Of a stretch of DNA of 64,000 nt, positions 19,901 to 28,126 are shown one piece after another. The translations under genes and the position numbers were made by a program. Numbering within the stretch: position 1 is the stretch's first letter; each line of letters begins with the position of its first letter. Origin of the DNA: Rikenellaceae bacterium DTU049 (GTDB taxonomy: Bacteria; Bacteroidota; Bacteroidia; Bacteroidales; DTU049); the NCBI GenBank assembly GCA_001513285.1, contig LFTI01000101.1:1309-65308 (forward strand), given 5' to 3'. The notes under the pieces are model-generated. The model was given only the letters and a program-made list of their open reading frames with translations, did not search any database and had not been told where the DNA came from.

Positions 19901-20776
19901 TATCTATCAACAACTCCTGATGAAACCGGTAGATTAATGAGTAGCGTTGCAGTAGCAGATACTTCTTATATATTTTATAACCTTGAATATGGAACAACTT
20001 ACTACTGGTGGGTTGTAGCTTTCAATGAATATAAATGTGAAAGTGGAAAATCGGAGGTAAATAATTTCACCACTGAACCACAGCCATTAAAATTTTCTGA
20101 ACCTATTCTTTCTGATGAGAATTTTAAAACAAATGTGACACCTTATACTGATGCACTATCAAAAACATTGCAATTACAAGGTACGTATTTTTATTGGGAT
20201 TTAGAAAATTTCCCTGCTTTAAAGGATAGTTCTCGTCAAATAGGTCTAATAGCACAGGATGTCGTGCCTGTTATTCCTGAGGTAGTATTTACTGATACAC
20301 AGGGATACAAATATATTGACTATAATCGCATCGTTCCTGTGCTGATAGAAGCAGTAAAAGAATTGAACGCAAAAGTAGATGCTCTGCAAGCAATAGTAAA
20401 TGCCTGTTGTGATACTATGTACACAAAAACAAACCAGAATACTGATGGACAAATTAATGATTTACAAATTAATGATTTACAACGAACAATTTATTATATT
20501 GAATTAACAAGTAATATTATTGTGCTTGAACAGAACGTTCCTAATCCTTTCAAGGAAAGTACCATTATTAACTACATTATTCCTGATGATGTCGGCTTTG
20601 CTCAAATTATCTTCTCTGATTACAGCGGTAAAGTTTTAAGAATTGTTGATATAAAAGAAAAAGGTCCAGGACAGTTGCATGTCTTTGCACCAAACCTGAG
20701 CAATGGCACCTATATTTATTCACTTATTATTGATGGCAAAGTTGTGGAAACAAAGAAAATGGTAAAAATGGAATAA
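16946..20776 (+). CDS. phage-tail-fibre-like surface protein with two S74-type intramolecular chaperone domains, two FN3-like modules and a T9SS CTD
   Basis: 1276 aa with a signal peptide. It has recurrent 'RM.IT..G.VGIG...P...LH' fibre-type repeats, two 'SD..FKTN..PY...L...GLIAQ(D/E)' domains and the CTD 'LEQNVPNPFKESTIINY...NGTYIYSLI'. Confidence 0.8.
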   Translation: MKQKIIIAFVASVMLLAQQQINAQQWITMGNSQNRFAQPRNTGNQDSWIRSIGVGYFDGGYTNSFLHVNTTNMILPHNSSIASLGEVFRTDCPSSNSTYWRMFRGGFEIARLYNLSTDYNLRIETYSKGGNILLNPAQITRMIITDGNSPSTQQGYVGIGENFLTPQSLLHLNDDLAGIASPHSTYLQITNSGTTSSTGNTLTDGFKVGITPDGTAELRQQEIKPINIYTNNTQRMIITNDATTGEPRVGIGGSNLTTPRAYLHIGDNAWPTTGYRTWMNKGVYIHSGLNEQNHDNMYIGLRFLPEPPHGRTDAIINWGNNPIATAEQDRLRFVFTAPPALGLVASSNDGLEVARMVSNGNHGFVGIGDFWTPDIEPINQLDVRGNTVVGTSYAGLVTAPTNGMLVQGFTGIGPTFSSAYHPNRQLEVFDANAPQLRLTRTITHITRYTDFETTPYGNLRINPSDTGLLPLNGKVGVNLASGLEPKNTLEITSGPTSPSPSGLRFTNLTWSSQTVPNGGNNGVLTVDADGDVIYVQAPTGTGFGQACSAIGNPGQLTQDIEVPTNTFNFVFTNNQNQLATQNNIGIGLPNANCNPIAKLDVLQHSTDSATIGINVINNDPGNVFYLGSPHAGASIGILSEVNGINTTENSINIAGGFISSGADINISGFFETPHFYGNYYLKNFAIYVPRDRGKIQFGGSTYNNVPYLLTVFGEAAKPAGATWINFSDSLFKTNIIPYKDGLDIVRKINPVSFNYKKLLGVSENRRYVGTIAQELAQIAPYMVDTVMMVIDSIDTTKKPVLTLNSDPFFYLSINAIKELDSIVSQIQRPPLPPQLIDPANEATEASPIPEFQWHHSFSAFGYYLYVSTTPDTSGLVCIINTTDTVATILGIGKREITSVNEQQTQQIPVQREEIGRLNCGNTYYWWVKAYNQYGYSSPSETWDFTTALLPEPPLLSLPANGTTDIEQDSVVLSWHSPQGAAYYVVYLSTTPDETGRLMSSVAVADTSYIFYNLEYGTTYYWWVVAFNEYKCESGKSEVNNFTTEPQPLKFSEPILSDENFKTNVTPYTDALSKTLQLQGTYFYWDLENFPALKDSSRQIGLIAQDVVPVIPEVVFTDTQGYKYIDYNRIVPVLIEAVKELNAKVDALQAIVNACCDTMYTKTNQNTDGQINDLQINDLQRTIYYIELTSNIIVLEQNVPNPFKESTIINYIIPDDVGFAQIIFSDYSGKVLRIVDIKEKGPGQLHVFAPNLSNGTYIYSLIIDGKVVETKKMVKME
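19121..19425 (+). other. endosialidase-chaperone (peptidase S74)-like domain 1, internal
   Basis: 'FSDSLFKTNIIPYKDGLDIVRKINPVSFNYKK...YVGTIAQELAQIAPYMV...INAIKELDSIV'. Confidence 0.65.
20108..20412 (+). other. endosialidase-chaperone (peptidase S74)-like domain 2
   Basis: 'LSDENFKTNVTPYTDALSKTLQLQGTYFYWD...QIGLIAQDVVPVIPEVV...YIDYNRIVPVLIEAVKELNAKVDAL'. Confidence 0.75.
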
Positions 20777-20798
20777 TTATCAGTTCTTTGATAAGTTT

Positions 20799-20834
20799 AA
20801 AAAGGGATTATGATAAAACATAATCCCTTTTTAA
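20799..20834 (+). terminator. intrinsic terminator-like hairpin
   Basis: 'aaagggattatg-ataaaa-cataatcccttt' followed by tt, 23 nt after the stop of 16946..20776. Confidence 0.6.
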
Positions 20835-20899
20835 AAGTTTTCTCTAAAAAATATTTTTATCAACTTAATTTGTGAATTTAAAATTCACTTTTTTTTTTT

Positions 20900-20976
20900 A
20901 TATTTCCCCTTTTTTCTTTCACACTTTTAAAATTATTTCAGCATATCTAGAGATTAGAAGAGGTAATTTTAAAATT
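20900..20976 (+). pseudogene. short relic of a paralog of membrane-protein gene 22584..22991
   Basis: 'cacttttaaaattatttcagcatatctagagattagaagaggtaattttaaaatt' parallels 22695..22760, which encodes '...LAYLEIKRGNFKI'. Confidence 0.5.
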
Positions 20977-21153
20977 ATTATTTTACAATAATCAAAATTC
21001 ATTTGTCGTTATTAAAAAAAATTAAAAGAGGTAAAGAACTAAATGTTTTAAAAAATTTAAAATTTTTCAATTAATAAAGGTATTAAATTAAACATTTTAT
21101 CTGCTGTTTTAATTTTATATGGAGCATGTGAATAAATAAAATAATCAATAATT

Positions 21154-21471
21154 ATGAAAACAATAAAGTTTTTCCCAATCATCATTATGTTGATATTTTT
21201 ATCAACTAGTTGCATTACTACATCTGTGGCAGACATTCAAAGTAAATCTGATAATATCATTAAAATTTATACTACTAAATTACCAGAAGAGGATTATATA
21301 GAGGTTAAGTATATTTCAGCTAGTGGTTCTATATTTAGCAGTCCTGAAAGATTACTCTATAAACTATCATTAAGAGCTAAAAAAGAAGGTGGAGATGCAA
21401 TTATAGATGTAAAATATAGCTCAGTATTTTGGTGGCCTGAAGTATCTGGCATAGTTATTAAATTCAAATGA
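21154..21471 (+). CDS. hypothetical small lipoprotein
   Basis: 105 aa. Lipobox 'LSTSC'. Confidence 0.55.
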   Translation: MKTIKFFPIIIMLIFLSTSCITTSVADIQSKSDNIIKIYTTKLPEEDYIEVKYISASGSIFSSPERLLYKLSLRAKKEGGDAIIDVKYSSVFWWPEVSGIVIKFK

Positions 21472-21537
21472 AATTTTGTAAATCTATAATATATTTAACC
21501 TAAGCTGTTTAAATATAAGGAATCATCATATAAAAAA

Positions 21538-21665
21538 GAAAAAAATTTTTTTATCTCAAAACAATTACTAATTTTGAACCATCAAAACTCTAAAAAATTA
21601 AAAGATATTAAAAAATTAGTAATTTTAGTTTTTGCAGTAATGATAGATGACATCTCTTGTGAATA
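21538..21665 (+). repeat. promoter/5'UTR/lipoprotein-signal module, copy 2 of 4 (decayed)
   Basis: Same layout as 12722..12859, but the start codon reads ata and the signal-peptide frame ends after about 20 codons. The OMP gene begins 35 nt downstream. Confidence 0.7.
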
Positions 21666-21699
21666 AACATTAATATGGCATTTTTAAAAATATATAATT

Positions 21700-22500
21700 A
21701 TGAATACAACCAAATTTTTCATCATTTCCTTAACGGCATTTTTTCTGTTAATTAATAATCTAAAAGCTCAATCCGATACTACAAAATGGTTAGACAATAA
21801 TCAAATAAAATTTTCTCTTACTACAGCAGTAATAGAAAATATTGGTATAGACTATTATAATCTAAATTGTCAGCTATTAAGATCATATCCTATGCCTGGT
21901 GTAGAAGCTACAGCCAGCTATTATTTGCATTTAAACAAAGGCTGGGGACTTAATTTCGGTATCGGTGGTGGCATAGCTTTTTACGACCTACATTTCGAAA
22001 TGGAATTACCTGATGATGCTTATGCACCTTATTTTGACTCTACTAATACAGCTACTACAAAATTTAATAAATCTAATATTACTCAAAAATATTTGACTAT
22101 TCCTATATCTATACAGAAATCATTTCGTTTTCCTAATAATAAAAATACTTTCCATATTTTAGAAGCTGGAGCTAGAGTTAGTTTTTTATTTAAAAATCAT
22201 ACAGAAATTGTAGAAACCTATCCTACTAGTGCTACTGAAAATGCTACATTGTTCACTGCAGATTTTAGAAATCCTAACAAAATAAAAGGTAGTGTCTATT
22301 TCAAATATGGTATTCAAGAAATTCTAAAAAATCAAAATACTTTTCAGTGTAATATAATTCTTCATTATTCACCAGCTGAGCCTACTTTTGGTTCTTATGA
22401 GTTCACACAAATAGACAATAGTTATGCCATGTTATCTCAAAAAATTAATTATATCGGACTAGAATTTGTCTATGGGCTCACATTATCTAAAAATAAATAA
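21700..22500 (+). CDS. putative outer-membrane beta-barrel protein
   Basis: 266 aa with a signal peptide ending 'LKAQ'. Alternating hydrophobic strands, G/Y/F-rich. Confidence 0.5.
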   Translation: MNTTKFFIISLTAFFLLINNLKAQSDTTKWLDNNQIKFSLTTAVIENIGIDYYNLNCQLLRSYPMPGVEATASYYLHLNKGWGLNFGIGGGIAFYDLHFEMELPDDAYAPYFDSTNTATTKFNKSNITQKYLTIPISIQKSFRFPNNKNTFHILEAGARVSFLFKNHTEIVETYPTSATENATLFTADFRNPNKIKGSVYFKYGIQEILKNQNTFQCNIILHYSPAEPTFGSYEFTQIDNSYAMLSQKINYIGLEFVYGLTLSKNK

Positions 22501-22519
22501 TGAAGTCATAATTAGTTGA

Positions 22520-22596
22520 AAATTTTTTTATTTAAAAAGTAATTACTAATTTGGCACCGTCGAAAGTCAAAAAACAAAAAGATATGAAAAAATTAG
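22520..22596 (+). repeat. promoter/5'UTR module, copy 3 of 4 (only the first 4 codons are shared)
   Basis: 'aaaatttttttatttaaaaagtaattactaatttggcaccgtcgaaagtcaaaaaacaaaaagatATGAAAAAATTAG'. Confidence 0.7.
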
Positions 22597-22991
22597 ATAA
22601 ATACGATTGGCAAGAAATCATTTTTGTGGCAATTTTTATAATTACTGCTACTTTAGGTAGAAATGATATAAGCTTTGGTAAAATAATAACTATTTTCTAT
22701 TTCCCACTTTTAATAATATTTTTAGCATATCTAGAGATTAAAAGAGGTAATTTCAAAATTGATAGTGTATGGGCAGTGTTTACCTTATTTTATAAATCAT
22801 TTTATTTAACAGCTATGTTTTTCATTATGAGTAAATATCCTGGTTATCAGATTATGGCAGTTTCAGCTTCGATAGTAACTATTCTATATATAATATTGAC
22901 ATATTTTGTTAAAAAGAATAATAATCTAGCTATCAGAGCAGTGATATATTATCTTGTTTTTGGACTATTCTTGTCTCCCATTTATTATTAA
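22584..22991 (+). CDS. hypothetical 4-TM membrane protein
   Basis: I prefer the ATG at 22584 (MKKLDKY...), which matches the repeated leader module, over the TTG at 22551 in the ORF track. Confidence 0.55.
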   Translation: MKKLDKYDWQEIIFVAIFIITATLGRNDISFGKIITIFYFPLLIIFLAYLEIKRGNFKIDSVWAVFTLFYKSFYLTAMFFIMSKYPGYQIMAVSASIVTILYIILTYFVKKNNNLAIRAVIYYLVFGLFLSPIYY

Positions 22992-23137
22992 AGTAATATA
23001 CAGCTTAGATGTGGTGGAATATGTAATGTAAAAACAGCATTTTTTCATATAAAAGTTCACAAAAATTACAATTATATTAATAATATTTTTAAAAGAAACA
23101 AATAATTACTAATTGAAAAATATATAATATTTAAAGA

Positions 23138-23273
23138 AAAAATTTTTTTATTTAAAAAGTATTTAGTAATTTTGCAACGTCAAAAACCCTAAAAACAAAA
23201 AAATATGAAAAAATTAGCAATTTTAGTATTTGTAGCAATGATAGCTGTTTCATTCAGCAGTTGCCAAAAAGAA
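23138..23273 (+). repeat. promoter/5'UTR/lipoprotein-signal module, copy 4 of 4
   Basis: See 12722..12859. It drives the intact lipoprotein gene 23205..23678. Confidence 0.85.
23167..23174 (+). promoter_or_regulatory. Bacteroidota-type -7 promoter box (TAnnTTTG)
   Basis: 'taattttg' lies 30 nt upstream of the ATG at 23205. Confidence 0.45.
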
Positions 23274-23678
23274 AAACCACAAAGTGTAGCAGAAAAATTT
23301 TTATCAGCCTACGTAAAAGCAGATTTCGAAACTGCTAAAACAGTTACTTCAGGTGATGCTTTAGAGCAAATTAATCAAATCAGTAATATGGTTAGTTCAT
23401 ATCCTGAATTCTTCCCTACAGATGCAAGTTATGAAAATCTTAATTGTCAAGAAATCGAAAACAAAGTAAAATGTACTTTTACCATGGTTCAAAATTCTGA
23501 AAAATTTGATGGTAACTATGTAGAACTAGAAAAAATAGATGGTAAATGGATGGTTACTACTTTAGGTTATGAAGGAGAAGAACTTCCAGAAATGACTGAA
23601 GAAGAGACTATGACCGATTCTACTGCTATGCAAAGCGATTCAGCAGCAATGGCTGAAACTCAACCAGTTACTGAATAA
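23205..23678 (+). CDS. lipoprotein, DUF4878-like
   Basis: 157 aa. Lipobox 'FSSC'. 'VAEKFLSAYVKADFETAKTV' is the characteristic opening of DUF4878-type proteins. Acidic C-terminal tail. Confidence 0.6.
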   Translation: MKKLAILVFVAMIAVSFSSCQKEKPQSVAEKFLSAYVKADFETAKTVTSGDALEQINQISNMVSSYPEFFPTDASYENLNCQEIENKVKCTFTMVQNSEKFDGNYVELEKIDGKWMVTTLGYEGEELPEMTEEETMTDSTAMQSDSAAMAETQPVTE

Positions 23679-23715
23679 TATTAAAAACCTAATAAACAAC
23701 TAAACTACAAATTAA

Positions 23716-24174
23716 ATGAAAAAATTATTAGTAATCACCTTAGCAATAGTTTCATTAGTATTCGTACAATGTAAAAAAGCTAATACACCAGAGCAAGTAA
23801 CTGAAAAATTCATTTCAGCTATTCAACAAGACGATTTTGAAGTAGCTAAATCATTAGCAGACAGTACAGCATTAGAAATTTTAAATATGATTGAAAGTTT
23901 AGTTACTCAAATGGGAGAAACTGTTACAAAAAATGATTCTATTGTTCCTGATGTTAAAGACATCATATGCGAAGATATGGACATCAAAGATATGAAAAAA
24001 TGTACTTATACTTCTCAAGGTACACAAAACTATGTAGAGCTAAAGAAAATCGAAAATGAATGGAAAGTTGTAAACTTCCCTAAAGAAGGTTTTAATGAAC
24101 CTTTACCTGAGCCTTCAATGGAAATAACCGAAGTACCTGACACTACTACTACAGACTCTATAGTAGCACAATAA
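23716..24174 (+). CDS. lipoprotein, DUF4878-like (tandem paralog)
   Basis: 152 aa. 'VTEKFISAIQQDDFEVAKSL', and 'YVELKKIENEWKV' parallels 'YVELEKIDGKWMV' of the upstream gene. Confidence 0.6.
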   Translation: MKKLLVITLAIVSLVFVQCKKANTPEQVTEKFISAIQQDDFEVAKSLADSTALEILNMIESLVTQMGETVTKNDSIVPDVKDIICEDMDIKDMKKCTYTSQGTQNYVELKKIENEWKVVNFPKEGFNEPLPEPSMEITEVPDTTTTDSIVAQ

Positions 24175-24193
24175 TTCTAATTAAAAAATTTTT

Positions 24194-24228
24194 AAAAAGG
24201 GCAATATTTTATTGCCCTTTTTTTATTT
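24194..24228 (+). terminator. intrinsic terminator
   Basis: 'aaaaagggcaat-atttt-attgccctttttttattt' is a GC-containing stem followed by a T-run. Confidence 0.75.
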
Positions 24229-24370
24229 ATTTGAATATTAATTTATAATTTACCTATATTAAATCCTTTAATAAATCCATAATATTTTGGATTTAAATGT
24301 ATTATAATTAGCTACATATTTAAACAAATAGTTGATGAGTTTAAGTGTTTATAAGCTAATTAGAAAAAAC

Positions 24371-24670
24371 TAACCTTTTCCTCACACAGTCTCCTTGTCT
24401 CCTACTCTCCCACTCTCCCCATAACTATTTCTTTGTCATACCCTGGCCTAAAGGTCATGATTAATAACCTTTTTTGTACTTATTTGTGTGAATTTGTGGA
24501 CTAATTTATAATTAATATTTTACTAAACTCCTTATAACTTTTTACTTATCACCTCTTCACCCACTCTCCGAGTCTCGCAGTCTCCCAATCTCCTCATCTC
24601 TTTGCCTCCCTGTCTCCTTGTCACCCCCTCTCCCAGTCTCCCCATCACCCACTCTCTCCTACTCTATCAC
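24371..24670 (+). repeat. about 300-bp strongly C/T-rich composite repeat (two C/T modules flanking a 'tgaatttgtggac' core)
   Basis: 'ccttttcctcacacagtctccttgtctcctactctcccactctcccc' ... 'cttatcacctcttcacccactctccgagtctcgcagtctcccaatctcc...ctctcccagtctccccatcaccc'. It ends exactly at the rfbB stop codon (24671). Confidence 0.8.
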
Positions 24671-25657
24671 CTACATTTTTGCTATATACCAATCAATTGT
24701 TTTAGATAATCCTTCAATAAAATCAGTTTTAGGTTGCCAACCGAGCTCTTTTCTAATCTTTGTACTATCAATAGCATAGCGCAGATCATGTCCTAGTCTA
24801 TCTTTTACAAAAGTTATTAATTTTTCACTATATCCTACTGGTCTATTAAGTTTCTCATCCATAATTTTGCAAATCAATTTCACTAGATCAATATTTCGCC
24901 ATTCATTATTACCACCGATATTATATGATTCGCCAATAACACCTTTTAGCCAAACAAGTTCTAGAGCTTCACAATGATCATCTACATACAACCAATCTCT
25001 AATATTAATACCTTGTCCGTAAACAGGCAATGGTTTTTCATGATAAATATTACTAATTATTACTGGTAAAAGTTTCTCTGGATATTGATTAGGACCATAA
25101 TTATTAGAACAATTTGTAACAATAGTAGGCAAGCCATATGTATGGAAATAAGCTTTAACGAAATGATCGCTTGATGCTTTAGATGCAGAATAAGGGCTGC
25201 GAGGAGAATATGGCGTTTGCTCTGTGAAATATCCTTGCTCTCCTAAAGAACCATATACCTCGTCAGTAGAAATATGTATAAACCGTCTATTATCAAAATC
25301 TCCATCCCAAACAGTTTTAGCTGCATTAAGTAAATTCACAGTTCCTATCACATTTGTATATACAAAATCCATTGGATTTACAATAGATCTATCTACATGA
25401 CTCTCTGCAGCTAAATGAAAAACTGCAACGGGATTATATTTTTTAAAAATTTCAAAAATAGCATCGAAGTCTACAATATCCACTTTGATAAAACTATAAT
25501 TAGGTTCGTTTGCTACCTCTTTTACATTATCTAAATCTCCAGCATAGGTTAATTTATCCAAATTAATAATATGATAATTAGGATATTTTTTTACTAATCT
25601 ACAAACGAGATGAGATCCTATGAATCCTGCACCTCCTGTTACTATAATATTATCCAC
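24671..25657 (-). CDS. rfbB: dTDP-glucose 4,6-dehydratase
   Basis: 328 aa, GTG start. 'VTGGAGFIGSH', 'YSASKASSDH' and 'NCSNNYGPNQYPEKLLP'. Confidence 0.92.
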   Translation of the reverse strand: MDNIIVTGGAGFIGSHLVCRLVKKYPNYHIINLDKLTYAGDLDNVKEVANEPNYSFIKVDIVDFDAIFEIFKKYNPVAVFHLAAESHVDRSIVNPMDFVYTNVIGTVNLLNAAKTVWDGDFDNRRFIHISTDEVYGSLGEQGYFTEQTPYSPRSPYSASKASSDHFVKAYFHTYGLPTIVTNCSNNYGPNQYPEKLLPVIISNIYHEKPLPVYGQGINIRDWLYVDDHCEALELVWLKGVIGESYNIGGNNEWRNIDLVKLICKIMDEKLNRPVGYSEKLITFVKDRLGHDLRYAIDSTKIRKELGWQPKTDFIEGLSKTIDWYIAKM

Positions 25658-26679
25658 GGTTTTATATATTTTTTATAATTATTATACCATTGCCAGCTAT
25701 GCACTAGCATATCTTCTAAATTATATTTAGGTGAAAATTTTAATAAATCTTTCATTTTACTATTATCAGTATAAATAGCAGAAATATCTCCTTTTCTCCT
25801 AGCTCCAAATCTATATGGCACTTTTTGTTCAACGACTTTTTCGAAAGTATTTATTAGCTCCAGCACTGTATATCCTTTACCTAATCCCACATTAATAACT
25901 TCATAATTAGAATTAATCTTATTATTAAATAAACTATCCAAAGCAGCCACATGTGCCTCTGCTAAATCTTCTACATGAATATAATCTCTTAGAGGAGTAC
26001 CATCCACAGTTTGATAATCTTTGCCAAATATAGTGAGCTCTGGTATAGTATTATCTACACTTTGCCACAAATAAGGCAAAAGTCCTTTTGATTTTATAGT
26101 AGGTATTTCTCCAATTATTATATCAGGATGTGCTCCTATTGGATTAAAATAACGCAAAGAAATAACTTTCATTATATTATATGCATTAGCATAATTTTTT
26201 AATATATATTCACTCATCTGCTTTGTATGACCATATGGGCTAGCAGGTTCTTTAAGAGGAGAATTTTCATTAACAGGTATATAATCAGGCTCACCATATA
26301 CAGTGCACGATGATGAAAATATAAAATAAGGAATTTTGTTTTGATTTACATAATCTAATAAATGAAGTAGTATGGGAATGTTATTATTATAATATAAAGC
26401 TGGATCTTCATACGATTCTTCTACAAATTTATATGCAGCTAAATGAATTATCGCTTCTATAGGTTCTTTTATTTTCATTAATTCTTTAAAAGCCCTATCA
26501 TCAGACAAATCTATCTGATACAAAGGAATATTTGTAGCAAAATAATCTTCTAAATTTTTATGAATGATAGGATGAGATCTAGAGAAATTATCTACATTTA
26601 CAACCTTGTATCCATGTTTTAATAATGCAGCTATCACATGAGAGCCAATATATCCAGCTCCTCCAGTTACTAAAATCAT
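25642..26679 (-). CDS. galE: UDP-glucose 4-epimerase
   Basis: 'VTGGAGYIGSH', 'YGHTKQMSE', 'RYFNPIGAH' and 'RDYIHVEDLA'. I prefer the ATG at 26679 (MILVTGG...) over the TTG at 26700. Overlaps the rfbB start by 16 nt. Confidence 0.9.
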   Translation of the reverse strand: MILVTGGAGYIGSHVIAALLKHGYKVVNVDNFSRSHPIIHKNLEDYFATNIPLYQIDLSDDRAFKELMKIKEPIEAIIHLAAYKFVEESYEDPALYYNNNIPILLHLLDYVNQNKIPYFIFSSSCTVYGEPDYIPVNENSPLKEPASPYGHTKQMSEYILKNYANAYNIMKVISLRYFNPIGAHPDIIIGEIPTIKSKGLLPYLWQSVDNTIPELTIFGKDYQTVDGTPLRDYIHVEDLAEAHVAALDSLFNNKINSNYEVINVGLGKGYTVLELINTFEKVVEQKVPYRFGARRKGDISAIYTDNSKMKDLLKFSPKYNLEDMLVHSWQWYNNYKKYIKPWIIL

Positions 26680-26749
26680 AATAACTAAAATTTTATGCAA
26701 ATTTCGATATTTTTTTTAATTTTGTCGTTAATAATAAAAAAAATATGTT

Positions 26750-27616
26750 ATGGAAAAATCAGAATTAGTTTTAAAGCCCGATGGTAGTGTATATCATTTA
26801 GCATTATTCCCTCATGAGATTGCAGATACTATTATTCTAGTGGGTGATCCAGAACGTTCAGAATGGGTATCTAGTTTTTTTGATACTATCGAGGTGAGTA
26901 GGCATAATAGAGAAATAATTAGCTATACTGGATATTACAAAAATAAACGTTTCACAGTGATAAGCACTGGTATGGGAACTGATAATATAGATATTGTAGT
27001 TAATGAACTGGATGCTCTGGCAAATATAGATCTAGAAAAAAGAGAAATAAAAAAAGAACATAAAAGTTTAAATTTAATACGTATAGGTACATCTGGTGCT
27101 CTACATAGCAAAATAGATGTCAATAGTGTGGTAATATCTGAAATGGCTTTAGGTATGGATGGACTTTTACATTATTATAAACATGACACATCTATGCGTA
27201 AAGTAGATTTTGAAAAAAACATTTTGCAAAAAGTAAATTGGCCAGATACTCTACCTAGACCATATGTAGTAAAATGTGATAGAGAGTTATACAATAAATT
27301 ATATAATGATAATTTTCATTCAGGCGTTACTGTAACTGCTAGTGGTTTTTATGGTCCACAAGGTAGAGTTTTGAGATTGCCCCTAGCATATCCAGAGTTA
27401 ATAAATCAATTTGAAAATTTTGAATATCAAGGGCATATATTAGCAAATTTTGAAATGGAAACTTCTGCATTATTTGGATTAGCTAAACTGATGGGACACA
27501 AAGCATGTACAGTTTGTGTAGCTATTGCTAATAGAGTAACAAAGGATTTCACCGATGATTATTCTCAAGCAATAAAAAATTTAGTATTGCATGTATTAAA
27601 TAGTTTAGCAAAATAA
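26750..27616 (+). CDS. nucleoside phosphorylase (PNP/UDP family 1)
   Basis: 288 aa. 'VGDPERS', 'STGMGTDNIDIVVNEL', 'RIGTSGAL' and 'EMETSALF'. Confidence 0.8.
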   Translation: MEKSELVLKPDGSVYHLALFPHEIADTIILVGDPERSEWVSSFFDTIEVSRHNREIISYTGYYKNKRFTVISTGMGTDNIDIVVNELDALANIDLEKREIKKEHKSLNLIRIGTSGALHSKIDVNSVVISEMALGMDGLLHYYKHDTSMRKVDFEKNILQKVNWPDTLPRPYVVKCDRELYNKLYNDNFHSGVTVTASGFYGPQGRVLRLPLAYPELINQFENFEYQGHILANFEMETSALFGLAKLMGHKACTVCVAIANRVTKDFTDDYSQAIKNLVLHVLNSLAK

Positions 27617-27628
27617 TAATAATTAAAA

Positions 27629-28096
27629 ATGGAAAAAATAAAGACTTTTTGTATTTTATTTTTTTTAAATCTAGTTGTATCTGCTAGTATCCTAGCTAAT
27701 AATAATTTAGATAATAAAATTAATTATGAAATTTTTTATGAGGGCAAGGATACCATATATTATACAACTGGCGAGTATAGAATAAATAGAATAAAAAGTA
27801 TTAGGCATGCATATTTAATATATCTATCTAATTCTACAACGGACATTTTATATACTTTAGTAAGTCCTAAATATAATTTTAGATTCCCAGAAAAGCTAAA
27901 AGAAGGTGAGACATACCTTATGCAAATAATGTATTTTGTTCCTACACAAAAATATGCAAAATACGTTGGTGATAAATTTATAACGAAATTTACAATATTG
28001 GATAAAAATGTTAGAATTTCTAGAAGAAATCTATGGGGCACAATAATCATATCACCTAATGTATTAGATAAATATTATAGAAAGATCATTTTTTAG
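27629..28096 (+). CDS. hypothetical secreted protein
   Basis: 155 aa with an N-terminal signal peptide. I recognise no family. Confidence 0.5.
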   Translation: MEKIKTFCILFFLNLVVSASILANNNLDNKINYEIFYEGKDTIYYTTGEYRINRIKSIRHAYLIYLSNSTTDILYTLVSPKYNFRFPEKLKEGETYLMQIMYFVPTQKYAKYVGDKFITKFTILDKNVRISRRNLWGTIIISPNVLDKYYRKIIF

Positions 28097-28126
28097 GGCC
28101 AGAAGTTTTTAAAGAAGCAAATAATT

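Noticed and set aside
20450-20479. 15-bp direct duplication 'caaattaatgattta' x2 (QINDLQINDL) in the fibre-like protein.
   Set aside because: A trivial in-frame microduplication in a linker before the CTD. It has no evident significance beyond slippage.
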